Shown: positions 11,662-25,300, counted from the stretch's first letter. The stretch: 64,000 bases of DNA from Phoronis australis (GCA_002633005.1 NMRA01000121.1:810189-874188); one strand, 5' to 3'. Translations and numbers: made by a program. The notes: a model not told the origin generated them from the sequence alone.

Positions 11662-13473
11662 GCCGTATTCGCCCCAATGAGCACTCAGGGCACTTAGAAA
11701 AATTCGTTTCAGGAAGGGGGGGGGCGCTTATTATAGTCCAAAGTGGTTGAAACCCAGTCTCCAAACAGGTGAAATCGTAAGCTATAATTCATCAAATTTA
11801 CGCTCTGTGACGCATCTGTAACCTATGACAGAGGTTCTACGAAATTGCAGTGCATAGCTATCAAACTTCGTTGTTAAATTACAAGCATCTTTCAGAAAAT
11901 CCCCAGGCAGTAAGTATGTAGTGTGGTGTAATGAATCGTGTTGCGGCCGACAGATGGCGCACACGTGGTAATAATTAAAACAACACACGAATACCTCAAC
12001 CAATAAAATACGTCTATTAATTTGCAGCGTTGTGATTTACAAACAATAGCTTACAATAAGATGCGAGACTGACGACTAACTGAATGAGACGAGATATCAC
12101 TGCTAGAGAAGGCACTAAACAACAATATCACCAGTTACCAGTAGCAACCGCACATGCAACACATTACAAGTCGCAACAGAACTAACCCTCTAGAACAATC
12201 GCTAGACTGGTTCGAATTGTCTGACAGGCTGAGACCAACACCTGTGTTAAATGTCTATACCTCAGTTATATACTTTGGACTTGATTCGTAGGTTTTCCGT
12301 CCGGTCCGGGTTCTCCTCCCTGTCGTGACTTTGCAGTTTTTGAAGACTCAAGTTGGCCTGTTCGGTGCGGTCTGATCGGTCTGCTTCTGTTAGTGCCTTA
12401 AGTAGCACCTTTGGAGCCATCACGTGATGGTCCCACCTCTTTTAGTACATCTCTCTTATGACCAGCTAATTAACTGTCCTATAGAAAATTCTTGCATAAC
12501 TGCCACCTCTCTCAGATTTGCTACACCAGGGGTGTGCCTATCCTCTGAGGGATCGCTATTTAACTGTCACTCTAGAGATGTGGAAGCTCAGTTGGCGACC
12601 AACCATCCTATAGAAAATTCTTGCATAACTGCCACCCCTCTCGGACTTGCTGCCCCAGGGGCATGCCCAATCCTCCGAGGAATCTCAACTATTACAGAAG
12701 TATGCATATCCCCTGGGAATATTTTAAGACATGCTTGCATGCACGTGGAAAGCAGTGCCTCATTATATCACAGTAGCCACATGGCAACTAATATGGGCCT
12801 TACCGAGAAAAGTGTCGAACGTGTTCAGCAAATGATTCCAACAAGAGCTGAATGAACCATGTTCTCCTTTCTGCTTGTGCTAATTTCTTGAGATAAAATG
12901 CACATCAAGCTCAATTGACTGCGTTTACTCTGGCAAATAAACTCTGGTGACAAGCACACGCTCGCTCACTCACCACGCAGACGAACTTAAAAACAAATGA
13001 CATGTGACAACATGTCAAGAGATTTTTTTCTCGTGTAGGCCTGCCATCACAGATGGCACGATCTAGCAGATTTGGACTTAACCTGCTGTTAATCCCAACT
13101 CCACGGGAACTTAAAAATCTTAGGGATACTATTTTGAAAAACTTAAGGATTTCAGGTAATTTGCTTCTGGAGTTGAAACTGTATTTTTATTCAAGCATTC
13201 AAGTTGCCATATCAACGCTTGCGAGGCAGTGAGTCGGCAAGTTTTCAGGAATTTATGCACAATTTTCTGTAAAATGATCGTAATTTAACAGCAAAGTTTG
13301 GATAGCAATGCAGCAAAATTTTGTAGAAAGTCTGTCGTAGGTTACAGATACATCACGGAGCGTAAATATGATGAATCTTAGCTTCCAGGTTTCAACCGCC
13401 TTGGGTTACAATAAGTGCTCCCCCGAAACAAATTTTTCTAAGCACCCTAGGCGGTTATTAGGGCGAATACCAT
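11662..13473. mobile_element. Inverted pair of ends of the same mariner/pogo-like family as 4376-5781 (11662-11885 on +, about 12900-13473 on -), enclosing unrelated sequence
   Basis: Starts CCGTATTCGCCC and ends GGGCGAATACC. Shared blocks such as ATTCATCAAATTTACGCTCTGTGACG appear in opposite orientations. Confidence 0.7.
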
Positions 13474-13589
13474 ATATGCACAATCATGTAGTTATAAATA
13501 ACACATCCCATGACTCTGGATACAATTTAGTCAACATAACTTGAACATATCCATGAAAATTTGTCATAGTTCGCTCGAGTTTCTCTCAC

Positions 13590-13615
13590 CAAGCGCCATT
13601 TTGAGGAAGTTAAGT
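13590..13615 (-). promoter_or_regulatory. Candidate non-coding first exon / TSS region of the hnRNP Q/R gene
   Basis: Minus strand reads ACTTCCTCAAAATGGCGCTTG|GTGAGA: a YY1-like AAAATGGCG followed by a consensus-like donor. Confidence 0.35.
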
Positions 13616-14344
13616 GAAATCACGCCTGTTGACAAATAAAAAGTCCAAGGGACATAAATCTTAACAATTTCACCTGATACCTTCCCATGCAAGTGTCAAG
13701 CGCTAGCATCATGCGCTTCACTCAGTCTCGCAGTAGCCGTTACCTAACTCATATGACTCAGTTCAAATACTTTGTGGTTATCACGCACGTGGTGAAAAAG
13801 TTAACAGTGACCAAAGTCGCGTTAATTCTTGTAACTAAGCTTCATCGGAGATATGTGTAGAAGTACAAAAAGACCACTGAAGAAAGTAAGCGTGAAAGTT
13901 TTAAGTGTGGAATGTATTTTTGACAAGGATAAAACTCTAAATCGGTGACTGGATTTGGCCTAACCGCTCGTTTGAAATACAAGGGATGAAATTCATACAG
14001 AAAGCGATGGGAAGTATTGTAGCCCCTAACTGGCAACCAAGGGGCTATGTGTTGCCTATCAATCAGCGTGCTCATTGAGAAGTATAAAAGTAATGTTGCT
14101 GTTTGTCTCGTAAAGTCACGATCTACACTTTGCCGTCCATCCGTAACTCATCAGTAATTTCCGTACCATCCTTAACCTCGAACCGTCAAAGTGCGAGGTG
14201 TGTTTGGGCTTTTTGGGAACATTTTTGTGCTTTGACTGCAAATTTCTAGCGAACTCGCTGGAACAGGACGCCGTGAATGGTTTTATAAGAAAGAACAATT
14301 GCTCATGGTTTGTTGAACCCGTTGTGTGTAAATTTATTGAGTTA

Positions 14345-14612
14345 TGTGTTTGATATGGACGGCTGAATCTAAGCACCATGGAATTTCTAGTCCCGAGTGT
14401 CATACCTTGTAGTATATTATATGTAGTGTATTGAGGACGATCAGAAGCTGAGTACGCCTGTGATTAGTGTATAGTTGAGGGCTGATTAAAGGTGTCTGTG
14501 GTTTTGTGTTTGATATGGATAGCTGAAGTGAAGCACCTGAGGAATTTCTAGTCCCGAGTGTACACCTTGTAGTGTACATATATATAGTGTATTGGGGACG
14601 ATCAGAAGCTGA
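14345..14612. repeat. Direct repeat of about 107 bp at a 160-bp period
   Basis: TGTGTTTGATATGGA...GGAATTTCTAGTCCCGAGTGT...GACGATCAGAAGCTGAG at 14345 and 14505. Confidence 0.85.
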
Positions 14613-14704
14613 GCCTGAGGTAGGCAATGACCATCGCCTCTGTTGGCCCGACCAGAGGCGATGCAGCTCCTACAGGCGCTCCATACGCCAGAAGCTTTTC
14701 GGCG

Positions 14705-16788
14705 AATTATGCTTCATAGTCTCGTTCGCCCAAAGTTATCCTCACCACCTTATCTAATACCTCGGCATTCATTGCCTCCCCAGGTTTAACTGTCTGCAAC
14801 TTTACTACTTTCCCTGATGTTAAGTTATCTAACTTTAACTTAGTAGCCCATTTTCGAGATATTGCCGTGGTTTGAGCTCCCGAGTCTACAATATCCTGTA
14901 TATATTACGTTAACCAATAACGGAGTAGCAAACCGATTACACCCACGCCTACTACCCATGTCAGTTACAACACAACTGGCTAGGTTCTCACATACTGTAT
15001 CATTACCTAGAACCGTTTCAGTACCCTGCTGTATGTCCTTACAATGCTGCACTACTGACATCAAAAACGCTTCAGGTATGCCAGATTGCCTACTCTGATC
15101 CATTTCCAGTTCCTGATCTGATTCTGAGCCTTCTGATTCTACTGGGACTTCTGCGTGGCTCCTACAGTGGTCCCTCTGGAGTTTTCCAGTAGATTTTCCT
15201 TCTTAATCTTATCAGGACAGTTCCGTGCAAACTGACCCTCCTTTTGACACCTGTAACATTTCTTCGGCTCTCTCAAGGTATCCCCCTTCCGATCACCCTC
15301 ATTGGTTCTAGGCTGATTTCCTGAAGAAGCTTTCTTAGACCCCCATCTAATTTGACTTTGTCCATTCTGAACCAACAGCTTATCTTTATCCCCCCTGAAC
15401 GACCCCGGAGATTTCAGCACAAGTTTTTGTATCGCCTGAGTCTGTTCAGTTACGGCCTTAATTAACTGAGCTAACATTTATTCAGAGCTGGATTTAGCCT
15501 CTGTTACCGAAGCTATCCGGTAAGAATTATCCTCAACCTCTTCCCTGAAGGGCAAATCTTCCTTCACTAGGTAAGCTGAATGCTCATTAGCCCCCCGACC
15601 AGGTTCCTGTCTTACTCTCTCCCGTGTCCTATGCTTATCCTCCATCATAGATTGAGCTTCCTCCAATACCCGGGGTTTCTTCAAGAGCACAAATTCCCCG
15701 GCCTCTGCATCTAATGCACCTACACAAAACTGAGTTATCGCTTCCCGATGTACTAACTCTTCCGAGCCAAATTCCCCAAACGCTTGTCTAGACAGAGTCA
15801 TTACTCTCATGGCCCACTCCAGTCCTCTGATTAGCTGTTCCTAATATTTGACTAGCTGTCGAGGCTCTCCCTTCATCCCCGTAATAACTATCTAACACCT
15901 CCAGAACTTCATTCCGGGTTACTTAATTGTTCTCCCAGTTCCCCCACAAAATCCAAAGGTTTCCCCTCTAGACAATACATAAAAGAGTCTAAAGCCTCAC
16001 CCGCTGTCATTCTTCTCGCTCCAGCCCACCTCCTAAACAGTTGTTTGAAAATTCTATAATTCCCAGTCCCATCAAACTATGTTTTTCGGTAGTACCTGCG
16101 TACTATATCCCCTGGCATTATAGCCTCTATTTCCTCCCCTTCTCTCTCTAAAGTCCTCCCGTGGCTCATAGTAACGGCGTCGCTGAGAATACCTATCCTC
16201 ATAATAATCCCGATCGTACTCTCTACGCTCCACTCTATCTAGGCCATCCTCCTGAGTATGCCTATACCGCCACGGATTATGTCCCCCATCATACTCATCC
16301 CTATCCATTACATAACGCCACCTTCTCGGCGGACTCCTGTAATATTCTCTCATAGGTGAGTAATCTCTTGGTGAACTACGTCTCAATCTATAATCAATAC
16401 CTCTATTATCCTCCCGTTTTGGTGAGACTACAAAACGATTGGCAAATCTCACCTCAGGACTCTTCCTACGGGCCCCCTCACCTCCTGGCGAGTATCTTAA
16501 ACGAAGCCCCCTCCTTCCGGGTGAAATTCCCATAGAGCTATCATCGTCCGAGAGACGACTTCTTTCTGCTTCATACAACCGAATCCTACCCCGCTGAACA
16601 GGTGACCCTACTGGACTTTCCGGACCCCTTAAATTACCATAAGGTACCTTACCATCCTCCAGTCTACCCCACGTGCTTAAAGTTATCCAGTCCTTACTGT
16701 CTATCCCTTCCTCATTTCTATGAGTATAAGCAGTACGCCTACGAACATCAGGTGGATTTGCAAGATCACTATCTGCACATGTAGCCAT
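14705..16788 (-). pseudogene. Decayed Ty3/Gypsy gag-protease (frameshifts and stops; RT, RNase H and integrase absent)
   Basis: Gag pieces 16072-16788, FDGTGNY...YCLEGK (15950-16075), 15478-15810 and 15139-15477 with zinc knuckle CYRCQKEGQFARNC (H to Q). Aspartic protease IVDSGAQTTAIS with DSGA at 14875-14886. Confidence 0.9.
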
Positions 16789-17261
16789 CGCACTATTCTT
16801 ACTTATGCTCCAAAATGACGACAGTTGACTTCACTAATAACCCTCACAAATTTCAGCAAATTCGGGAAACTCTCAAGACTCCTTAACCTCCACGACTCCA
16901 CAAACCCTAAAACACACCTAGGAATATCAACAAACCTGTTAAATATTTCCCGACGTTCCACCACTTTTGATAATCCAACCAAAATGGCCGCCCTCACTCG
17001 GTGCTATTTCGAATTAGAGGTTCGCTCCTTCCAGACTCAATTTCCTAGTTGTCTTGAAAAACGTTACTGCCCACGTATTTCTCAAACTAGCCTTTCTAAA
17101 CTCTACCCTGTCTCAGGAGTTGAACCTGACGACAGAAGATACAGATGAGATAGAAAGAAAACCAAATTCAAAAATTCAAAAATTCAATATGGCTGCCTAC
17201 CCGCGTGGTCTTTTATCTGACACCGGGTTCTCAAATTTCAGTACTCTTTTGAGAATACCAA

Positions 17262-17390
17262 CACCGCTGCCACCAAAATGTTGTGTCTTTCCCTGACCAC
17301 GTTAGTCTAATATACACTAAGACAGCTTACCTAACTGGTTATGTAAAGGTCTCTGAAGTCTACAGAAGATATACGATGGAGTCGAACGTT
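17262..17390 (-). mobile_element. tRNA-Leu primer binding site and adjacent truncated 5' LTR end of the Gypsy element
   Basis: Minus strand ...CACAACA ttt TGGTGGCAGCGGTG is complementary to the tRNA-Leu 3' end (CACCGCUGCCACCA) and lies upstream of gag. The LTR outer boundary is approximate. Confidence 0.8.
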
Positions 17391-18540
17391 TTTTTAATTT
17401 TTTTTACAATACCCATGTGTCATACATTTTTGAAAAGCCCTTGGTGTGAGAAATGAAATGGTGCAAAAATCAGAAAAATTGGATGAGCGGTTGACAAGAA
17501 AATGGCCGTTGAAACGCGACGATTGCGCGTGAAATATCTGCCTTTTTACATAATTTCGTAAAAAATAAAAGAATATACATGTGCTGCATATAAAAAGATT
17601 CGTCTAATTGAGACAAACATGGTGGTGTGTATTATATAAAATTTGGATCGATTTCTACAGAGATATTGCCGTTTAAGTGTGTTGTTATAGCATAGAACAG
17701 GCTCATCATGTTTGATGAAAACAATGGATTACACAGCTTAAAAGGTAAAGAGCAAAGACACCACATCATCTCAGAAATAAATACATCTGAGCTAGGAGGA
17801 AATTTCACATCAAATCACAAGATCACATTGGTGGATGTGGGGGGGGNTCCCAGATTTCATTTGGCAGTGTGAGGGTGCAAATATCTTACAGGTGAAATCC
17901 TGCGTAATACTCTGCCCTTCCCCCCATCTAAAAATCCTAGATCTGCCCCTGAATACTACTACATGGGCAACACATCATGGCCCGACAGGGGGCTGTGGAA
18001 GGCTATAGCACCCCCAATTTTTCAGAGCTGGGTGCCACCCATGTACTATTAGATCGTATCATGGCAAAAAAACATCAGAAAGTAGACAAAAGACCATTTG
18101 GGAAAACAAATCACTCTTAACATAAAGGATTTCATCATTTACGCAACAAAACAACAAAAACTTTGTAACAACTTTATTTCGAACGGTGAAGTTGCGATGC
18201 CATTGAACTTCAACGTAGCCGATGGTGGCGCTTACATGCGGCGACTTAGTGAACTAACGACTGCTTGTTTGAAAAGTGCCAATGCGCAGCAGTTTGACAG
18301 AATTTCTGAAAATGAAATAATTACCAATTAAAAGAGTGATAAATTCCTCATCTAAAAATCGGAGGGGCATATTGCGCAACTGGAAAAACATCAATCTCCC
18401 GACCGACCAAAATTAGGCCTTCCGGACGCTCGAAAATTCGCCATGAAAACTTGGCCTTGACTTCGAGAAAACAACTTGAGGAGATGCGCACGCATCTAAA
18501 CTACATCCTGTCCAAATTTCATGTTTGTATTTGAGAGTAT

Positions 18541-20477
18541 AGACCCTATTCACGCCGACAGGAGGCGCGTTCCAAAACGAGGCTCGCTACGATAGCTCTG
18601 GTGGCTTATCCGCGTAGTCGTACTCCGCGTTGCTCGAACAGCTAGAAAAAATACGGACACTGTTTTACAATCCCTAAGGACGTTGGGGTTCGGAAGCGTT
18701 GGGTCCTTGCCATACGCCGCGACGAAGGAAAATATGTCCGTGTAAAATTTATAACTGTTTTCGAATCATAATTTGTTGCATCTCGGACTGGATGCCGCCA
18801 TAGCAACGAGGACCGGAGAATCTTCGGCCAGCCAGGCTGTGTTTTCATGACTATGGGTTGAAGCGCGATGCATTTTTCTTTACAAAAAGGACAGGGCCCT
18901 CAATCCCTCAATTTTGGGGCCAAATATCGGCCTTATTCCTCTCTCAAAAATATTGAAAAATCACGCGAAATTCCCGGCCACGAGGCCTAAAAATCCCCTT
19001 TGTGATTGAAAATTTCTCTCCAATGGTTCAAATCACCTGTGACCACAGAGGTGACAATTTGAAAAAGTACAAAATCATAGGCGGATTTAGGGGGGCAGGG
19101 CCCCCCCCCCTGACTGCCGCAAGCAAAATAAACCAGCAAAACGTGAAGGGGGAGGAAACTTGTACTGAGTTCGAGCCTAAGACCGGTAGCGGACGACGGG
19201 GGAAAACATGTTCCGTTTTATTTTTTTTAGTCCAACGACAGATTTCCTGAGCCGCCTGCGTGCATACAATCGCGCTTTGCCCGAGGATGTCGGGGCCCCC
19301 CCCCCTCACTAGGGCTATGTGGTATCCTAGATCAGCCACTGAAAATGCTACTTGAGACAGAGCTATGAGAGCTTGCAAAAGGGTGGGGTGCTCTTGATGG
19401 TGATCGAGAGGTCAGTAGTTTTCACTGACCCGTCACTCGGCAAAACGTTCCCCTCTCAGAAGGCCGCACACACATGAGGCACCTTTCCCCTCGGAGGTCT
19501 CTGAAGAAACATGATAACTATGCTTGTTCCAGGGGGATCTAGGACTTTGAGTTAGGGGGGGGGGGCAAGGCAGAGCATTAGCCAGGATTTTGCCCGTCAG
19601 AAATTCGCGCTCCTGAACTGCCAAATGGAATCTGGGAGCCGGAACTTTAGGGGGGCTGGGGCATAGCCCTTGACTCCCCTCTAAATCCGCCACTGTGTTC
19701 TGTCCAGTTAACTGAAATTGAGCTCTAAAACGAGGTTATGCTTTGGACGAAAGAATTAGGTGTTTTAATTTTAAAATTCAACTTGGTCGAGATTGATATT
19801 TGAAAAATATAACACATGAAATAGACGTAATTATTAAAACCAAGAAAGCAGAATTGATGGTCATATAATTTTTATTTTCAATTGCAAGCCTAGTTTTTTA
19901 TCGTAATCAAAATATATATTTAATAACATCAAGTATTATTTCAGATCAATGACAAATCAAATGTTAGTCCCGGTAGTGCCTACCTCACCAGGATCTAGAC
20001 TATGCTTGAAGCTAATAGGCCTACTCTTGATCAACAAATTAAACCAGATGAGACTAATTTCACATGACAGCAAAATGCTATGAGCCACCACTGTCGATTA
20101 TATCTTCAACTCGTCAACAATACGAGCAGATGACCTGGTTCGTGTAGAAAGCATTTTTATCAAGAATTTATTAGAAGAAACGTAACCCTGCATTCAGCAT
20201 GATACCTAATCGCAATTTGATCATTTTTACTTTTCATGTTTCGAACCTAGTTTTCCGGAAAAAACCTATTCGTCAGACAAATCTTTGGTGCATTGACTTG
20301 TTCTTTAACTGTATTTTTTTACGTCTCTGTGGTTAATTATTGACACATTTTTTAAGATTTAATATTCAGGTTGGACTCCAAAGACCGGCCATTTAACTCA
20401 TGCAATGTAAATTTCCGCTTTGTTTATCGCAGTGAGCCTCGCTTTGGATTTTAATGTCCGCCGCGTGAATAGAGTCT
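18541..20477. mobile_element. Non-autonomous TIR element of about 1.9 kb (ISL2EU- or Academ-like ends) containing nested MITEs
   Basis: at|AGACCCTATTCACGC ... GCGTGAATAGAGTCT|at: inverted termini with AT on both sides. Confidence 0.6.
19076..19341. mobile_element. MITE of the GGCGGAT(T/C)TAGGGG family with 5-bp flanking duplication AAAAT
   Basis: aaaat|CATAGGCGGATTTAGG ... CCTAGATCAGCCACTG|aaaat. Related ends at about 17825-17951, 19535-19695, 22069, 23237, 39746-39979, 52515-52848, 53837 and 59961. Confidence 0.7.
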
Positions 20478-20799
20478 ATAGTGCTCTTTTGGATAGGAGG
20501 AACAAGAGGTACTTTTTCGAAAGTTGATCGCATGGCGGAAAATCGTGCGCTAAAAAAAGCTTACATCGGATATAATGGACCCTAACTTATTCCAAATAAG
20601 TCCACTAAATGTAGGTCTAAATGAATGATTTTGGTATCGTTGCATTCCTCAGACATCTGGCTATCCGTACAAATCCTTTTCACAACCCTCAATTACTCTA
20701 GCCTATAACTACGCCATTCTGAACTTGGTACACTTTAGCGTTAGCCACGCGCATTGTGAAATCGGCAGCCATTTCAGGGAACTTACTATATCTAGCGCC

Positions 20800-21021
20800 A
20801 TCTATCGGCGATTTGCTGCAACACGCACTGCTCCTTTTTCATCTGTCAACATGGACGACGATAACATGACGATGACAGATACGATCGAGAGAGAGACGAC
20901 GAAGGTGATGACGAGAGCAGATGATTAATAACGACTGACGTTAATAATATTGACGAAATCGACCAATGACGTTGACTGATGAAAAAGGAACAGCGCATGT
21001 TGTAGCAAATCGCCGATAGAT
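20800..21021. repeat. Inverted repeat of about 44 bp around a GAC-rich spacer (hairpin or small MITE)
   Basis: ATCTATCGGCGATTTGCTGCAACACGCACTGCTCCTTTTTCATC versus GATGAAAAAGGAACAGCGCATGTTGTAGCAAATCGCCGATAGAT. Confidence 0.8.
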
Positions 21022-21143
21022 GTCTTGTAGTTAACTTTGAAGTCTGAAATCGGGTAATTTACCGACGTGGGTTTTACACGGAGGCAGATATGGAGCACCG
21101 TGACCTACTTTTCGATTGTCCTCCCTAATATAGACTTTTATAG

Positions 21144-21267
21144 TGCGTCTTGTCTCTTTCGAGTCTCAAGTGCGAAGCCAGGCTAGGAATGCGTCTTGTC
21201 TCTCCAGTCTCAAGTATGAAGCCAGGCTAGGAATGCGTCTTGTCTCTCCAGAGTCTCAAGTATGAAG
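21144..21267. repeat. Tandem repeat of about 45 bp, about 2.7 copies
   Basis: TGCGTCTTGTCTCT..AGTCTCAAGTATGAAGCCAGGCTAGGAA repeated. Confidence 0.85.
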
Positions 21268-22154
21268 AAAGAATGAACTACGAGATCGTGACGTCATCGT
21301 TACATCATGTTACATCATCCCTCCCAGCAGGTTTCATCCATTCTCCAATCCCAGCCAAGATAACAGAGAAGCCCGCGAACCTGACTATCCAATTAAACCT
21401 CATGTAACATATGCACTGGCTCACTACACTCGCACCGACTATCAAAGACACGTTGTTATAAATACCTTTTGCGCATAGAGGAACACCTTAGGAGGTTGTC
21501 GATGTGTTTAATTCCTTCCAACTCAAACAAATACTCCCGTTATCAAACTTTTTCTTCGAGCAGTCCCTATTTCAGTTCCCAAAATCGTGAACTCAACATT
21601 TTCACTCGGCGCACGCCAAGAGATATGACATACTCATTATTTTAACCAGGCCGAAGGTCAGAAGTTGCGGTCCTACCGGCGAACTTTGAAAGCTGAAGTT
21701 CCCGTCCTTTGCGTACGTGCTGCCGGGAACCAGCCGTGCATTTGCTGTGTTGTTAAACATTAACATGTCAAATATGCACAAAGACTATTAAATGTCATAT
21801 CAACTGCATTTATTTTTATCAAATACAAACAATAATTCATTGAAATACAATCAGTTTCAAGTAACGCCAATTAAAGACAATTAGTAGTGGTGGCATTTTG
21901 GAAACGAACATTTGACTGACAAGACCGCAATGGCTCACCTTTGGCCTATATAAAGATTGAGGTCATGAAGTCACATCACCTAGCGAGCGCGGTAAAAATT
22001 GGAGCGTGCGCAGTATAAAAATGGCGAGTTCACGAATTTGGGAACTGAACGAGTGACTGCTCGAACAACAGTGGCGGACGGATCTACGGGGGGGTTCAGG
22101 GGGTTTAAACCCCCCCCCTCGGGCCAGGACCCAAAAATTAAAAAAAAAAACAAA

Positions 22155-22370
22155 NNNNNNNNNNNNNNNNNNNNNNNNNNNNNNNNNNNNNNNNNNNNNN
22201 NNNNNNNNNNNNNNNNNNNNNNNNNNNNNNNNNNNNNNNNNNNNNNNNNNNNNNNNNNNNNNNNNNNNNNNNNNNNNNNNNNNNNNNNNNNNNNNNNNNN
22301 NNNNNNNNNNNNNNNNNNNNNNNNNNNNNNNNNNNNNNNNNNNNNNNNNNNNNNNNNNNNNNNNNNNNNN
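22155..22370. other. Assembly gap
   Basis: Run of N. Confidence 1.
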
Positions 22371-25300
22371 GTGTACTCTTGGTCTCGTGACGGACCAGGT
22401 CAGCTTTTTGTGTACTCTCAGTGTACATCTGGTCCCTCTGCAAACTAGTCCAGTGTATCTTTTCACCACTGTGCACAGGATGTTTTGGTTTCGTGAAACT
22501 GTTTTCAGATGATTTGTTTCCTGATAGATTTGACGTTTTTCAATTGTTGTCAACGTGATTCAGCTTAATAAAGTGATACCTAATTATTTATTGTCGCTTT
22601 TAATAATAAACTATGAGTTGAGAGCACCATCGTTCCCCAGTTTTTCTCGTAACGAGACAGAACACATGTTTATTTTCGGACTAACAGTAGAGGTCTTCGT
22701 TCTTAAACAACTTGAGGCTGCTGTTATGCGATCATCTGATATTCAAATTTTTACGCCACGTCGGTGCTCCTTAATTATGCTCTTGAATATTTGGAAATTG
22801 TCTAAACCCCTGTACATACACCACACTTTTTCGTATACGACTTTTTGTATGCTAAAAAAGGTGTGTGTAAGCAGATGTTCCAACAAATTTTTTTTCTGGT
22901 GGCGTGACTCATACCCAGATGTGCACAATATGGTTTCAAGAAACTTATGTGCCAAGTTCATGTGACGAAATCGAGAAGAGTTTTTAATTATCTTAAGAAA
23001 AACTCCAGAGACATGTTAAGTGCCAGAAACTTACCAGGATGCATGGAAATTTCACTATTTGGCTACAAAAACAAAAAAAAATGTCTTTCACGGGAGGGGA
23101 AACCCCCCTCCCAACCTCCCNCCGCCACTGAACAAAAAGTTCGATTACGGGAGTATTTGTTCGTGGTTCAGTTTGCGCAAATGCTTACAGCCGGACAAAA
23201 TGTTGGGCCCCCTTTGTGATATCCTAGATCCGCCACTCGTGAAATTATAGGCCTAGGCCTACTGTAGTCTGTTGCAACAACCTCTCAAGCAGCAGCCAAT
23301 AACTGACACGAAGTGAAGTATAGCAGACACCGATGTTGAAAAAAGTCATGTCAATACCAGAAGGCTTATAAATGCTCATTGAACAACATTGTTGCACTAT
23401 AGCATGGGCTTCTGAAATAAAATTCATGACCGCCACCGGCGGTTTGGCGTCGAACCAGTCTGTTATACATGGAAACGGGACATGGTCGTTCAGTTTCAGT
23501 GATCCGGGTATCAAGCAGGCTTGCATTCTTTAACAATAATCATGGAAGAGTCATTCAAATCATGATAATCTAAATGGTAAAAACAGGGTTCACTAAGTTT
23601 AAAGGTGTAAAATGGGGACCGTACACACTAGGAGCAGATAAACTCAATTAAAATAGCCAAGAAGATAGCCAACACAACTCGTCTGACTAGACCGTAAGCC
23701 CAAGAACAATTACTGAGTGAAAACTTTTAAATTTTAGTTACCAGTGTCTTGTACCCNCCCCCCCCCCCCCCACAGACAGTTCATAGTAAACAGGCTTTCG
23801 TGGTCAAAACTTAGTGCATTTTATGTTTGTCTAAAAAAGGATTAATTCGTCCTCTTCTGTTTACTGCAGTTGTGCCGGGATGTGGATGAGCCGGCCGTGA
23901 CCCCGGTGCTGCCGGCGTGAGCCCGTGCTAATACTGAACGCTAATTCATACTTCCATGAGACTGACGATTTCCGTGTAAATTAATGCAGACATACGCCAC
24001 ACTCTATGCACATGATCAGACAATTGTAATGGAAGATTCGAAACCTAAACAAATCAAGAAACTTAATCGACAGTCGTATGTACTTATTTCCAGACAGCGG
24101 CTACGTGTCTGTGCGACACCTACTGTCATAGTTACGACACAAACACACAGTTCTTCCTTACCACCGGATTCAATCGCGGTGCGTACCTTCTCAAGCTACC
24201 AATTGACTACAAAAAATGCTTCTGGGCCAGAAGTACAACATGAGGGAACTCGATCTCCAATGATTTTTCGTACGTAGTTTATGTCTACGCAACAAATGTT
24301 CGTGAGAAAAGAATTTTGTTTAATTCAAAGGCGTGAACTAAGACGATAACTTATAACAAAAGAAATCAGTTTTTAAAAAAGAATTTTGATTGGTTGGGAA
24401 AAGAAATACAACTTGTGAGAGAAATCATAAATGTGTTCATGAGGAAAAAACGCTGGGAAGTTGGAAAATGGCCGTTAGGTTGGTGAAACTCGGACTGCGC
24501 CTCAAAATTTAGACAGTGCAGTATTCTATATTAGCCTATATTGTGGTTACAATGTTGCAATTTTACGAAACCTTTGTATATAAAAGAAATAAGACAAATG
24601 AAGGTTGGCATCTGAGAAAATAATTCTTCAAAGACTCAATGTTACTGGGTTTTTTATAAGGAAGTTTTGGAACACACAAATAAATTTATTGCAGTTATAA
24701 TGGGGTCAATAGGACATGGCGACAAAGCCAATATAAAGGTGGGTTTACAAAGGGGTAACGTTTTACCTTGACAATTGCCCAGGTGTCAAGCAGATCTCAA
24801 GGGAGGCTGTTGAGACCATGGTCACTGTTATATTTATCTTTCGAGTCGCTTCCTGCGCAGAAAAAAAATTAGCTCCCTTTCAATAAATGTACGTCACAAA
24901 CACTTTTGTCGGGACACTTCTATTATAGCATGTCGTAAAACAACGAAATAGTTTAACCATGTTTGCAAACATCAGTAAATATTTTCCCAGCGTAAATGAA
25001 AGCCGAGTACAAACGCATTCAATAGAATGCGTGTCTGTCTTTACCTACAGCAAAATATTTGAATTTGCGTTTACCCATCATTTCGCTCGTTTAATGTTTG
25101 TGCTTGATCGTTCGCTCAGCCAGTGTAAACTATTGTTTTCTTTTCGCAAAACACCTCCTATATCGCGCGAGTGTGTAAAAGCATGTGCAAATTCGCACCG
25201 TGTGTAAACACTCGTATCCGCTAAAGCGCCAGTGTTTACTTAACCGACAATAGGTTAACCAATTAATAATATAATTACACAGTTTAGGAAAATAAGTACA

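Noticed and set aside
11927-12425. Second solo LTR
   Set aside because: LTR-like composition, but no clean TG..CA ends with a target duplication could be fixed.
21963-22553. ORFs spanning the N run
   Set aside because: Artefacts of the assembly gap.
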